64,000 nt of DNA from Heterodontus francisci (Eukaryota): the NCBI RefSeq assembly GCF_036365525.1, contig NC_090372.1:204886298-204950297 (forward strand). The letters run 5' to 3'. A program made the translations under genes and the position numbers. This document shows positions 1 through 12,238 of the stretch, piece after piece. The notes beneath the pieces are model-generated. The model saw only the letters and a list, made by a program, of their open reading frames with translations. It was not told the DNA's origin and did no database searches. The first letter of the stretch is position 1; each line of letters starts with the position of its first letter.

Positions 1-155
1 GGCTGGCATATATTACCCATCCCTAATTTCCCTTCCGAAGGTGGCGATGGGCCTTGTATTTGAAGCATTGCAGCGTTGCAGTCTGATACAACCAGGTGGC
101 CTGCTAGACCACTTCAGAGGGCATTTAAGATTCAAGCTGATTGGTGTGGTCCTGG
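1..155 (-). mobile_element. Short non-autonomous derivative of family-B LINE (3' tail joined to 5'-UTR segment); continues at ~6803-6865
   Basis: Tail motif CCCATCCCTAATTTCCCTT..GAAGGTGG (cf. 22643, 39003) is followed by TACAAC..TGGCCTGCTAGACCACTTCAGAGGGCATTTAAGA, which matches 26483-26528. Confidence 0.55.
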
Positions 156-375
156 TTGGACATACTTTTGGAGATGCCATCACGTGACCTCCTGCCTCCT
201 ACCACCCCACTCTCACACTTCCGCCATTGGTCACCCAACATTCCCATCTTTGTAATGCTCCATCTTCCCACACGAATCAGAAAGTGAACAGATTTATGAG
301 CCGATTGTCAGTTAAACAGCTTTTCTTTCCCATTTGCAATATTTTTATATAATTACTGAAAGTGTTCAAAGATAT
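155..375. mobile_element. hAT-like MITE, left part (right part at ~6690-6802)
   Basis: CATCACGTGACCTCC..CATTGGTCACCC matches the MITE at 56682-57148. 6760-6802 matches that element's right end (..CCTGGAGATTCCAGG..CAACCCTA). Confidence 0.5.
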
Positions 376-2708
376 CATAGAATGCCCACAACACAGAAAT
401 AGGCCATTCGGCCTGTCGTGTCTGTGCTGGCTCTCTGTAAGAGCAACTCGCTTAGTCCCACTCCCCCGCCTTTTCCCTGCAGCCTTGCAGCTTTTTTCTC
501 TTCAGATAATTGCCCAATTCTTTTTTGAATGCCTCAGTTGAATCTGCCTCCACCACACTCTCAGGCAGTGCATTCCAGATCTGAACCACTCGCTGAACCT
601 GCCTCCACCACACTCTCAGATAGTGCATTCCAGATCTGAACCACTCGCTGAACCTGCCTCCACCACACTCTCAGACAGTGCATTCCAGATCCTAACCACT
701 CGCTGAACCTGCCTCCACCACACTCTCAGGCAGTGCATTCCAGATCTGAACCACTCGCTGAATCTGCCTCCACCACACTCTCAGGCAGTGCATTCCAGAT
801 CCTAACCACTCGCTGAACCTGCCTCCACCACACTCTCAGGCAGTGCATTCCAGATCTGAACCACTCGCTGAACCTGCCTCCACCACACTCTCAGACAGTG
901 CATTCCAGATCCTAACCACTCGCTGAACCTGCCTCCACCACACTCTCAGACAGTGCATTCCAGATCTGAACCACTCGCTGAACCTGCCTCCACCACACTC
1001 TCAGACAGTGCATTCCAGATCCTAACCACTCGCTGAACCTGCCTCCACCACACTCTCAGGCAGTGCATTCCAGATCTGAACCACTCGTTGAACCTGCCTC
1101 CACCACACTCTCAGACAGTGCATTCCAGATCCTAACCACTCGCTGAACCTGCCTCCACCACACTCTCAGGCAGTGCATTCCAGATCTGAACCACTCACTG
1201 AATCTGCCTCCACCACACTCTCAGGCAGTGCATTCCAGATCCTAACCACTCGCTGAACCTGCCTCCACCACACTCTCAGGCAGTGCATTCCAGATCTGAA
1301 CCACTCACTGAATCTGCCTCCACCACACTCTCAGGCAGTGCATTCCAGATCCTAACCACTCGCTGAACCTGCCTCCACCACACTCTCAGGCAGTGCATTC
1401 CAGATCTGAACCACTCGCTGAATCTGCCTCCACCACACTCTCAGGCAGTGCATTCCAGATCTGAACCACTCGCTGAATCTGCCTCCACCACACTCTCAGG
1501 CAGTGCATTCCAGATCTGAACCACTCACTGAATCTGCCTCCACCACACTCTCAGGCAGTGCATTCCAGATCTGAACCACTCGCTGAACCTGCCTCCACCA
1601 CACTCTCAGACAGTGCATTCCAGATCTGAACCACTCGCTGAATCTGCCTCCACCACACTCTCAGGCAGTGCATTCCAGATCTGAACCACTCACTGAATCT
1701 GCCTCCACCACACTCTCAGGCAGTGCATTCCAGATCTGAACCGCTCGCTGAACCTGCCTCCACCACACTCTCAGACAGTGCATTCCAGATCTGAACCACT
1801 CGTTGAACCTGCCTCCACCACACTCTCAGACAGTGCATTCCAGATCCTAACCACTCGCTGAACCTGCCTCCACCACACTCTCAGACAGTGCATTCCAGAT
1901 CTGAACCACTCACTGAATCTGCCTCCACCACACTCTCAGGCAGTGCATTCCAGATCTGAACCACTCACTGAATCTGCCTCCACCACACTCTCAGGCAGTG
2001 CATTCCAGATCCTAACCACTCGCTGAACCTGCCTCCACCACACTCTCAGACAGTGCATTCCAGATCTGAACCACTCGCTGAATCTGCCTCCACCACACTC
2101 TCAGGCAGTGCATTCCAGATCTGAACCACTCGCTGAACCAGCCTCCACCACACTCTCAGACAGTGCATTCCAGATCTGAACCACTCGCTGAATCTGCCTC
2201 CACCACACTCTCAGGCAGTGCATTCCAGATCTGAACCACTCACTGAATCTGCCTCCACCACACTCTCAGGCAGTGCATTCCAGATCTGAACCACTCGCTG
2301 AACCTGCCTCCACCACACTCTCAGGCAGTGCATTCCAGATCTGAACCGCTCGCTGAACCTGCCTCCACCACACTCTCAGACAGTGCATTCCAGATCTGAA
2401 CCACTCGCTGAACCTGCCTCCACCACAGTCTCAGGCAGCGCATTCCAGATCCTAACCACTCGTTGAACCTGCCTCCACCACACTCTCAGACAGTGCATTC
2501 CAGATCCTAACCACTCGTTGAATCTGCCTCCACCACACTCTCAGGCAGTGCATTCCAGATCTGAACCACTCACTGAATCTGCCTCCACCACACTCTCAGG
2601 CAGTGCATTCCAGATCTGAACCACTCGCTGAACCTGCTTCCACCACACTCTCAGACAGTGCATTCCAGATCCTAACCACTCGCTGAACCTGCCTCCACCA
2701 CACTCTCA

Positions 2709-3367
2709 TCTTAAATCCCTGAAGGTTGCTAACCAGGTTAATAGGGCTGTTAAGAAGGCATATGGTGTGTTAGCTTTTATTAGTAGGGGGGTCGAGTTTC
2801 GGAGCCACGAGGTCATGCTGCAGCTGTACAAAACTCTGGTGAGACCGCACCTGGAGTACTGCGTGCAGTTCTGGTCACCGCATTATAGGAAGGATGTGGA
2901 AGCTATGGAAAGGGTGCAGAGGAGATTTACTAGGATGTTGCCTGGTATGGAGGGAAGGTCTTACGAGGAAAGGCTGAGGGACTTGAGGTTGTTTTCGTTG
3001 GAGAGAAGGAGGAGGAGAGGTGACTTAATAGAGACATATAAGATAATCAGAGGGTTAGATAGGGTGGATAGTGAGCGTCTTTTTCCTCGGATGGTGATGG
3101 CAAACACGAGGGGACATAGCTTCAAGTTGAGGGGTGATAGATATCGGACAGATGTGAGAGGTAGTTTCTTTACTCAGAGAGTAGTAAGGGCGTGGAACGC
3201 CCTGCCTGCAGCAGTAGTAGATTCGCCAACTTTAAGGGCATTTAAGTGGACATTGGATAGACACATGGATGAAAATGGAATAGTGTAGGTCAGATGGTTT
3301 CACAGGTCGGCGCAACATCGAGGGCCGAAGGGCCTGTACTGTGCTGTAATGTTCTAAATCTAAATTA
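2709..3367 (+). mobile_element. Young 5'-truncated CR1 LINE inserted in the array (copy 1)
   Basis: Uninterrupted ORF2 C-terminus 2767-3288 ([26 protein letters not shown]), GGGCCGAAGGGCCTGT 3' stem-loop and TTCTAAATCTAAA tail. Confidence 0.95.
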
Positions 3368-4355
3368 AAGCGCATTCCAGATCCTAACCACTCGCTGAAT
3401 CTGCCTCCACCACGCTCCCAGGCAGTGCATTCCAGATCTGAACCACTCGCTGAACCTGCCTCCACCACACTCTCAGACAGTGCATTCCAGATCCTAACCA
3501 CTCGCTGAATTTGCCTCCACCACACTCTCAGGCAGTGCATTCCAGATCTGAACCACTCGCTGAACCTGCCTCCACCACACTCTCAGGCAGTGCATTCCAG
3601 ATCCTAACCACTCGCTGAACCTGCCTCCACCACACTCTCAGGCAGTGCATTCCAGATCTGAACCACTCGCTGAATCTGCCTCCACCACACTCTCAGGCAG
3701 TGCATTCCAGATCTGAACCACTCACTGAATCTGCCTCCACCACACTCTCAGGCAGTGCATTCCAGATCTGAACCACTCGCTGAACCTGCCTCCACCACAC
3801 TCTCAGACAGTGCATTCCAGATCTGAACCACTCGCTGAATCTGCCTCCACCACACTCTCAGGCAGTGCATTCCAGATCTGAACCACTCGCTGAATCTGCC
3901 TCCACCACACTCTCAGACAGTGCATTCCAGATCTGAACCACTCGCTGAACCTGCCTCCACCACACTCTCAGACAGTGCATTCCAGATCTGAACCGCTCGC
4001 TGAACCTGCCTCCACCACACTCTCAGGCAGTGCATTCCAGATCTGAACCACTCGCTGAACCTGCCTCCACCACAGTCTCAGACAGCGCATTCCAGATCTG
4101 AACCACTCACTGAACCTGCCTCCACCACAGTCTCAGACAGCGCATTCCAGATCCTAACCACTCGTTGAACCTGCCTCCACCACACTCTCAGACAGTGCAT
4201 TCCAGATCCTAACCACTCGTTGAATCTGCCTCCACCACACTCTCAGGCAGTGCATTCCAGATCTGAACCGCTCGCTGAACCTGCCTCCACCACACTCTCA
4301 GACAGTGCATTCCAGATCCTAACCACTCGCTGAACCTGCCTCCACCACACTCTCA

Positions 4356-5014
4356 TCTTAAATCCCTGAAGGTTGCTAACCAGGTTAATAGGGCTGTTAA
4401 GAAGGCATATGGTGTGTTAGCTTTTATTAGTAGGGGGGTCGAGTTTCGGAGCCACGAGGTCATGCTGCAGCTGTACAAAACTCTGGTGAGACCGCACCTG
4501 GAGTACTGCGTGCAGTTCTGGTCACCGCATTATAGGAAGGATGTGGAAGCTATGGAAAGGGTGCAGAGGAGATTTACTAGGATGTTGCCTGGTATGGAGG
4601 GAAGGTCTTACGAGGAAAGGCTGAGGGACTTGAGGTTGTTTTCGTTGGAGAGAAGGAGGAGGAGAGGTGACTTAATAGAGACATATAAGATAATCAGAGG
4701 GTTAGATAGGGTGGATAGTGAGCGTCTTTTTCCTCGGATGGTGATGGCAAACACGAGGGGACATAGCTTCAAGTTGAGGGGTGATAGATATCGGACAGAT
4801 GTGAGAGGTAGTTTCTTTACTCAGAGAGTAGTAAGGGCGTGGAACGCCCTGCCTGCAGCAGTAGTAGATTCGCCAACTTTAAGGGCATTTAAGTGGACAT
4901 TGGATAGACACATGGATGAAAATGGAATAGTGTAGGTCAGATGGTTTCACAGGTCGGCGCAACATCGAGGGCCGAAGGGCCTGTACTGTGCTGTAATGTT
5001 CTAAATCTAAATTA
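4356..5014 (+). mobile_element. Duplicate of the CR1 insertion at 2709-3367 (copy 2)
   Basis: Identical 173-aa ORF (4414-4935) and identical junctions CTCTCA|TCTTAAATCC and TAAATTA|AAGCGCATT; offset 1647 bp. Confidence 0.95.
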
Positions 5015-7231
5015 AAGCGCATTCCAGATCCTAACCACTCGCTGAATCTGCCTCCACCACACTCTCAGGCAGTGCATTCCAGATCTGAACCACTCGCTGA
5101 ACCTGCCTCCACCACACTCTCAGACAGTGCATTCCAGATCCTAACCACTCGCTGAATTTGCCTCCACCACACTCTCAGGCAGTGCATTCCAGATCTGAAC
5201 CACTCGCTGAACCTGCCTCCACCACACTCTCAGACAGTGCATTCCAGATCCTAACCACTCGCTGAACCTGCCTCCACCACACTCTCAGACAGTGTATTCC
5301 AGATCTGAACCACTCGCTGAACCTGCCTCCACCACACTCTCAGACAGTGCATTCCAGATCCTAACCACTCGCTGAATTTGCCTCCACCACACTCTCAGGC
5401 AGTGCATTCCAGATCTGAACCACTCGCTGAACCTGCCTCCACCACACTCTCAGACAGTGCATTCCAGATCCTAACCACTCGTTGAACCTGCCTCCACCAC
5501 ACTCTCAGACAGTGCATTCCAGATCTGAACCACTTGCTGAATCTGCCTCCACCACACTCTCAGTAAGCGCATTCCAGATCTGAACCACTCGCTGAACCTG
5601 CCTCCACCACACTCTCAGACAGTGCATTCCAGATCTGAACCACTCGCTGAACCTGCCTCCACCACACTCTCAGGCAGTGCATTCCAGATCTGAACCACTT
5701 GCTGAATCTGCCTCCACCACACTCTCAGACAGTGCATTCCAGATCTGAACCACTTGCTGAATCTGCCTCCACCACACTCTCAGTAAGCGCATTCCAGATC
5801 TGAACCACTCGCTGAATCTGCCTCCACCACACTCTCAGACAGTGCATTCCAGATCTGAACCACTCGCTGAATCTGCCTCCACCACACTCTCAGACAGTGC
5901 ATTCCAGATCCTAACCACTCGTTGAACCTGCCTCCACCACACTCTCAGACAGTGCATTCCAGATCTGAACCACTCGCTGAACCTGCCTCCACCACACTCT
6001 CAGACAGTGCATTCCAGATCATAACCACTCGCTGCGTGAAAAAGCTTTTCTTCATGTTGCCTCTGGTTCTTTTGCCAATCTCAACTTAAATCGGTGTCCT
6101 CTGGTTCCGGATCCTTCAGCTAATGGGAACAGTTTCTCCCTATGTATTCTGTCTAGACCCCTTAAGATTTTGAACACCTCTATCAAATCTGCTCTTAATC
6201 TTCTCTTCTCCAGGAAGAACAATGTCAGCTTCTCCAATCTATCCACGTAACTGAAGTTCCTCATCCTTGGAACCATTCTCTTTTCTGCTCCCTCTCTAAT
6301 GCCTACACATCTTTCCTAAAGTGGGGTGCCCAGAACTGGTCATCAGCTGAGTCTATCATAACTTCCTTGTTCTTGTAATCTATGCCCCTATTATAAAGCC
6401 CAAGATCCTATCTGCTTTATTATCCACTTTTTCAACCTGCCTTGCCACCTTCAATAATTTGTGCACATATACCCCCAGGTCCCTCTGCTCCTGCACTCCC
6501 TTTAGAACTGTACCCTTTATTTTATATTGCCTCTCCTCGTTCTTCCTTCCAAAATGAATCGCTTCACACTTCTCTGCATTAAATTTCATCTGCCACTTGT
6601 CTGCCCATTCCACAGCCTGTTTACGTTCTCTTGAAGTTTATCACTACCCTCCACAGTTCACAATACTTCCAAGTTTTGTGTCATCCACAGAGCAGATGAG
6701 CAGATGTTTTTTATTGCCCTGTCCTTTTTCTCCTGGATATCATGCAGATTAGTATTGAATTCCTGGAGATTCCAGGACTATCCTTGAGGGTCTCCAACCC
6801 TATGTGCAACTGGAATTCAGTATAGACCAGACAGGGTTAGGACAGCAGGTTTCCTTCCCTAAATACCTAACCTGCTGCCAGAGCTCTCTTTCAACATGAC
6901 CCACTTGTAGGCCTCTGTCTAAATGTCCTAAATGTCCAACTTTCAGACCTGTCTTTCAACACAACCATCCATTCTTCGACATCTGCCTAAATGCAAGCAA
7001 CTCAAAGACTCTATCTTAACATGCAATCTGCTCTCAGGCTTCTGGCTGAACATATGACCTGTGGGTCCTTCTTTACTACACGTCACCCTCAGGCCTCCGT
7101 CTGAATGCTTGACCTGCTCCTCCTTCAAGTAGGAAACCTGGGGGAGCATGAAGGACTAGACTGAATATAAAAATATTAGTGCATTAAACTGGTCAGGAGA
7201 ACTAAAATGGAAAAGGTGGCTAGCATAGCAG

Positions 7232-8812
7232 GGAATATTACGAATATACGAATTAGGAGGATCAGTAGGCCACTCGGCCCCTCGAGCTTGCTCCGCCATT
7301 CAATAAGTTCATGGCTGAACTGATTAGTCCACATTTCCACCTACCCCCAATAACCTTCCACCCCCTTGCTTATCAAGAATCTATCTACCTCTGCCTCAAA
7401 AATATTCAAAGGCTCTGCTTCCACCACCTTTTGAGAACGAGAATTCCAAAGACTCACGACCCTCTGAGAGAAAGAATTTCTCCTCATCTCTGTCTTAAAT
7501 GGGCGACGCCGTATTTTTGAACAGTGACCCCTAGTTCTAGATTCTCCCATAAGAGGAAGCATCCTTCCCACATCCAATTTGTCAAGACCCCTCAGGATCT
7601 TATATATTTCAATCAAGTTGCCTCTTACTCTTCTAAATTCCAGTGGATACGTCTAGCCTGTCCAACCTTTCCTCGTAGGACAGCCTGCCCATTCCAGGTA
7701 TTAATTTAGTAAAACCTTCTCTGTATTGCCTCCAACGCATTTACATCCTTCCTTAAATAAGGAGACCAGTACTGTACACAGTACTTCAGATGTGGTCTCA
7801 CCAATGCCCTGTATAGCTGAAGCATAACCTCCCTACTTTTGTATTCAATTCCCCTCACGATAAATGATAACATTCTATTAGCTTTCCTAAATAGGTGCTG
7901 TACCTGCATACTAACCTTTTGTGATTCATGCACTAGGACACCCAGATCCCTCTGTATCTCAGAGCTCTGCAATCTCTCACCATTTAGATAATATGCTTAT
8001 TTTTTATTCTTCCTGCCAAAGTGGACAATTTCACATTTTCCAACATTATACTCCATTTGCCAGTTCTTTGCCCACTCACTTAACCTATCTATATCCCTTT
8101 GTAGCCCCTTTATGTACTCTTCACAACTTACTTTCCTATCTATCTTTGTGTCATCAGCAAATTTAGCAACCATACCTTCAGTCCCTTCCTCTAAGTCATT
8201 TATATAAATTATAAAAAGTTGAGGCCCCAGCACAGATCCCTGTGGCACACCACTTGTTACATCTTGCCAACCAGAAAAATTACTCATTTATGCCTACTCT
8301 CTGTTTCCTGTTTGCTAACCAATCTTCTATCCATGCCAATATGTTACCCCCTACACCATGAGCTTTTATTTTCTGCAATAACCTTTGATATGGCACCTTA
8401 TCAAATGCCTTCTGGAAATCTAAGTACAATACATCCACCTGTTCCCCTTTATCCACCTCACATGTAACTCCTTCAAAGAACTCCAATAAAACAGTTAAAC
8501 ATGATTTCCCTTTCACAAAACCATGTTGACTCTGCCTGATTACCTTGAATTTTTCTACATGCCCTGCTATAATGTCTTTAATAATAGCTTCTAACATTTT
8601 CCCTAAGACAGATGTTAAGCTAACTGACCTGTAGTTTCCTGCTTTCTGTCTCCCTCCCTTTTCGAATAAAGGAGTTACATTGGCTATTTTCCAATTTAAC
8701 GGAGCCTTCCCCGAATCTAGAGAATTTTGGAAAATTAAAACTAACGCATTCACTATCCCACTCGACACTTATTTTAAGACACTAGGATGAAGTCCATCAG
8801 GACCCAGGGACT
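7232..8812 (-). mobile_element. 5'-truncated, frameshifted CR1 LINE (RT domain to 3' end)
   Basis: ORFs 8280-8768 (YLDFQKAFDKV), 7997-8287 (SGVPQGSVLGP, FADD), 7706-7972 and 7341-7616; CR1 3' UTR near 7260. Confidence 0.95.
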
Positions 8813-9039
8813 TAAAAGTTATGTCAAGTATTTCTACGAATATAGTTGTAGCAATTGGGTTTAAAAAGAAAAAGGTGGAGTCATCAAAAGTTCACAAAGA
8901 TGGTAGTGTCAAGTGAGCACTCTGGTATAGCTGATATTCTAAATAAATTCTTTTTTTCTCTGTCCTGGGAGACTAGAGACAGTCTCCCCATTGGGGAAGG
9001 GATGGGGATGGGACTGGAGTAAAAAGCAACAGAAGCTGA

Positions 9040-9270
9040 AATTTCTGATAAGGTGACTGCTACGAGGTTGAGGAGGTTAAAAGAATACAAGGAAGCAGGT
9101 CAGGATAGGCCACACACAGGATGCATAATCACTCACACCATTATCGCTATCTGTTGGGAGTCATTAGCAAGAGGAGTCATAACCAAGGACTGGACAGTAG
9201 CTAACGTAACACCTATCTTCAACAAAAAGGCATAGAAACAACCAACAAAACTACCAGTAATGAGCCGAAC
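9040..9270 (+). mobile_element. Old degenerate CR1 fragment
   Basis: DWTVANVTPIFNK motif in ORF 9053-9235. Confidence 0.6.
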
Positions 9271-9537
9271 AGTCATTGGGAGTGAAGAGTTAATAATAAG
9301 CGGATGTGTTAAGGTGTAAAAGGCAATGAGCGTGGATCATTGGCGGTGAGGCTCTGCCTAACACTAGTTATTGGGGCTCCTCGAGGATACGATAACCCTT
9401 GTTAATAACAGTAAACCTCCAGTAAATTTAAGCCAAAAGGAGCAGACCAGGTCGTTCAGGAAATAGTGACTAAGTGATGAAAAGTTTGGAAGCCTGGTTT
9501 CTCCAGGCGAAAAGGAAGGCCAAGGACGGTAAAGTGC

Positions 9538-9640
9538 TAAAATAAAAGCAAAATACTGCGGATGCTGGAAAGCTGAAATAAACAAGAAATTATTTCAGAT
9601 GATGCTGCCAGACCTGACGGTAAAGTGCTGCTCAGTTCTA
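9538..9640. mobile_element. Penelope-like terminal-repeat fragment
   Basis: AAAATACTGCGGATGCTGGAA..TGAAATAAA and GATGCTGCCAGACCTG match the fragments at 32850, 34455 and 56880. Confidence 0.5.
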
Positions 9641-10019
9641 GGGCCTGAGGCCTTGCATGTGTCTTGATTTCGCTCTGTGCTGAATTTATAGCTAATGCAT
9701 ATACACAGCAGCGTGTCAAACCAGCTCACATCACACCTAGCTTCTGCCTTGTTTAGACTTATCCCTCTCCTAATAATCCTATTTCTCCATTTCAGGTCCA
9801 TTTCATAATTCTAACCCACAAGCAATCCTTCTGGATGAAATCCACTATTCAGAACAGATGAGCATAAACAAACTATCAGTAACTTAACGGCAAAACACCA
9901 CCTCATCACATCAAAACACTTTGCACAATTTCAGATGCAGGACCCGTTGGTCGACCATCAACGTGCCTGGGCCAGACCAGTTAAATCTATTTTTATCCAT
10001 CCTCTGCTTCCTCACCCCG

Positions 10020-10240
10020 CTATTACCAGCCAGGCCTTCAGCTGCCTAGGCTCTAAACTCAGGAATTCACTCCAAAAACCTCTCTACCTCTCTCTCCTAT
10101 AAGACCCTCTTTGGCCAAGTTTTTGCTCTTAAACTAGTATCTCCCTATGTGGCTCGGTGTCAAATTTTGTTTGATAATTGCTCCTGTCAAGCACCTTGAG
10201 ATGTTTTACTACCTTAAAAGGCCCATAAAAATACAAAGTT
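10020..10240 (+). mobile_element. L2 LINE 3' end fragment
   Basis: GCCTTCAGCTGCCTAGG..GGAATTC matches the L2 piece at 41570; ends in the tail type shared with the Deu-SINEs. Confidence 0.6.
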
Positions 10241-10539
10241 TTGCTCATGGTCTTGGTAGAGTCCATTTTTTCCATAAATTTAATAAGCGTTGCTGACAGT
10301 CTTAATAAAAGTAGCCCTTCATCCTGCGGCCTACAGCTCACACCGGAGCAGCTCCACAGTGGTTACAGGCCCGAGAATGTCTTTGATTTCCTGCCCCCAC
10401 CCTCTGTTCCTCTACTGAGACACCAGAAAATTAAAGGCACCTACCTGACCAACAGAAATATGCAAATGTGTAACTGGAGGAGGGAAAAAACATACTACCT
10501 TAATCTTCCTAAAGGTTGATATTGAATTTTCACATTAGT

Positions 10540-10858
10540 TGAAAGAAAGAAAGGACTTGCATTTATATAGCACCTTTCATGACTTCAGGATGTCCCAAAA
10601 TGTTTCACATCCAATGAATTACCTCTGAAGTGTCGTCATTCTTATAATATAAGAAGTGCAGCAGTCAAGTTCTGCACAGCAAGATCCCCAAACAGCAATG
10701 AGATATTGACCAGAAAGTCTGTTTTTTGCGGGGTATTGATTGCGGGATAACTTGTGACGGAGGAGATCTCTTCTGCTCTTCTTCAAAATAGTGCTGTGGG
10801 ATCTTTTACTTCCATCCGAGAGGGCAAATGGGACCTTGTATTTAACGTCTCATCCATA
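10540..10858 (-). mobile_element. Deu-domain SINE fragment (SacSINE1-like)
   Basis: GTGCTGTGGGATCTTTTAC..TCC and GCACAGCAAGATCCC are reverse complements of Deu-domain motifs. Confidence 0.7.
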
Positions 10859-11359
10859 ATATATTGTTCATCATGATATTTAGATTTCTTTAATTGCAAT
10901 TCCCTGCTTTTCTCTAGAGCAAAATTCACCCATACCCCGTTCCCAGCAAGGTGACGAGCTCAAAAGAGAAGCTGGGAGTGTGGCCATGGTGTGTATCCAA
11001 TATATTTCTCAATACTCTTTACTTCCCAAGCAAGTATCCATCTCCCTTTTAAACATCTCAATTGATTCTGTCCATCTGGCCTCTTAGGCAATGTGTTTCA
11101 TTGTTACAAATCTTTGTGCCAAGGAATCTTCTCTGGATTAACATTCACACGAGTTAGCTTGAAATCTAGGATGATGCCCATTATGTTTAAGAATGGCATT
11201 GTCTTCACCTCAGGATGGGGAGATGTACTGCCCACATTACCAGGGTATTCTTTTGGGTGTCAATATGCCCGCAATCTAGTTATGATCATCCACAACACCT
11301 CAGTAAATGGGAGTGGGCAGTCTGATGTTGATGGAAGAGGAATCCTAGTGCCATTTAAT

Positions 11360-11590
11360 ATCGAGTTAATAGAGGTGCTGAAAATTATGTGGGGTTTTGA
11401 TAGAGTAGATACGAAGAAACTGTTTCCACTGGTAGGAGAGTCGGTAACCAGGGGACACAGATTGAAGATAATTGGCAAAAATAATTCCAGGGTCATTCTT
11501 TTGAGTCAGCGAGTTGTTACAATCTTGAAAGCTGTGTCTGAATAGGTGATGGAAGCTGATTCAATAATAACTGATATGGAATTTGATAAT
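11360..11590 (+). mobile_element. CR1 ORF2 3' fragment
   Basis: ELIEVLKIMWGFDRVDTKKLFPLVGESVTRGHRLK within ORF 11093-11545. Confidence 0.8.
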
Positions 11591-12238
11591 TTTTAAAAAA
11601 TTCTTTCATGGGATGTGAGTGTCGTTGGCTAGCCCAGCATTTGTTGCCCACCCCTAACTGTCCTTCAGAAGGTGGTGGTGAGCCGCCTTCTTGAACCACT
11701 GCAGCCCTTGGGGTGTGGGTACACCCACAGTGCTGTTAGGGAGGGAACTCCAGGATTTTGACCCAGCAACAGTGAAGGAATGGCAATATATTTCCAAGTC
11801 AGGATGGTGTGTGGCTTGGAGTGGAACTTGCTGGTGGTGGTGTTCCCAAGCGTCTGCTGCCTTTGTCCTAGGTGGTAGAGGACATGGGTTTGGATGGTGC
11901 TGTCAAAGGAGCCTTAGCAAATTGCTGCAGTGGATCTTGCAGATGGTACACTTCTGCCATTGTGCCAGTGGTGGAAAGAATGAATGTTAAAGGTGGTGGA
12001 TGGGGTGCCAATCAAGTGGGCTTTTTGTCCTGGATGGTGTCAAGCTTCTTCAGTGTTGTTGAAGCTGCACCCATCCAGGCAAGTGGAGAGTATTCCATCA
12101 CACTCCTGAACTGTGCCTTGTAGATGGTGGCAGGCATTGGAGAGTCAGGAGGTGAGTTACTCACCGCAGAATTCCCAGTGTATAACCTGCTCTTGTAGCC
12201 ATAGTAATTATATGACTGCCGCAGTTAAATTTCTGGTC
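11590..12238 (-). mobile_element. Family-B LINE 3' fragment
   Basis: Colinear with 22590-23110/24222-24320 and 38950-39580. Confidence 0.85.

Larger units (their letters stand above)
541..6034. repeat. Tandem array of a 55-bp unit (~76 units) derived from CR1 ORF2
   Basis: Unit AA(C/T)CTGCCTCCACCACACTCTCAG(G/A)CAGTGCATTCCAGATC(TG/CT)AACCACTCGCTG, period 55 (541, 596, 651...). The minus strand reads QRVVRIWNALSESVVEAGS. Confidence 0.97.
376..6690 (-). mobile_element. 5'-truncated CR1/HER1-type LINE hosting the 55-bp tandem array
   Basis: CR1 3' UTR at ~390-540. ORF2 C-terminal remnants resume after the array (ORFs 6052-6276, 6380-6613: WADKWQMKFN..KCEAIHFG). Confidence 0.85.

Noticed and set aside
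2767-4935. Two identical 173-aa ORFs as a duplicated host gene
   Set aside because: They are C-terminal CR1 ORF2 fragments with a GTG pseudo-start and a LINE 3' tail.
541-6034. CRISPR-like array
   Set aside because: Units are head-to-tail with no unique spacers, derive from CR1, and there are no cas genes; the DNA is vertebrate.
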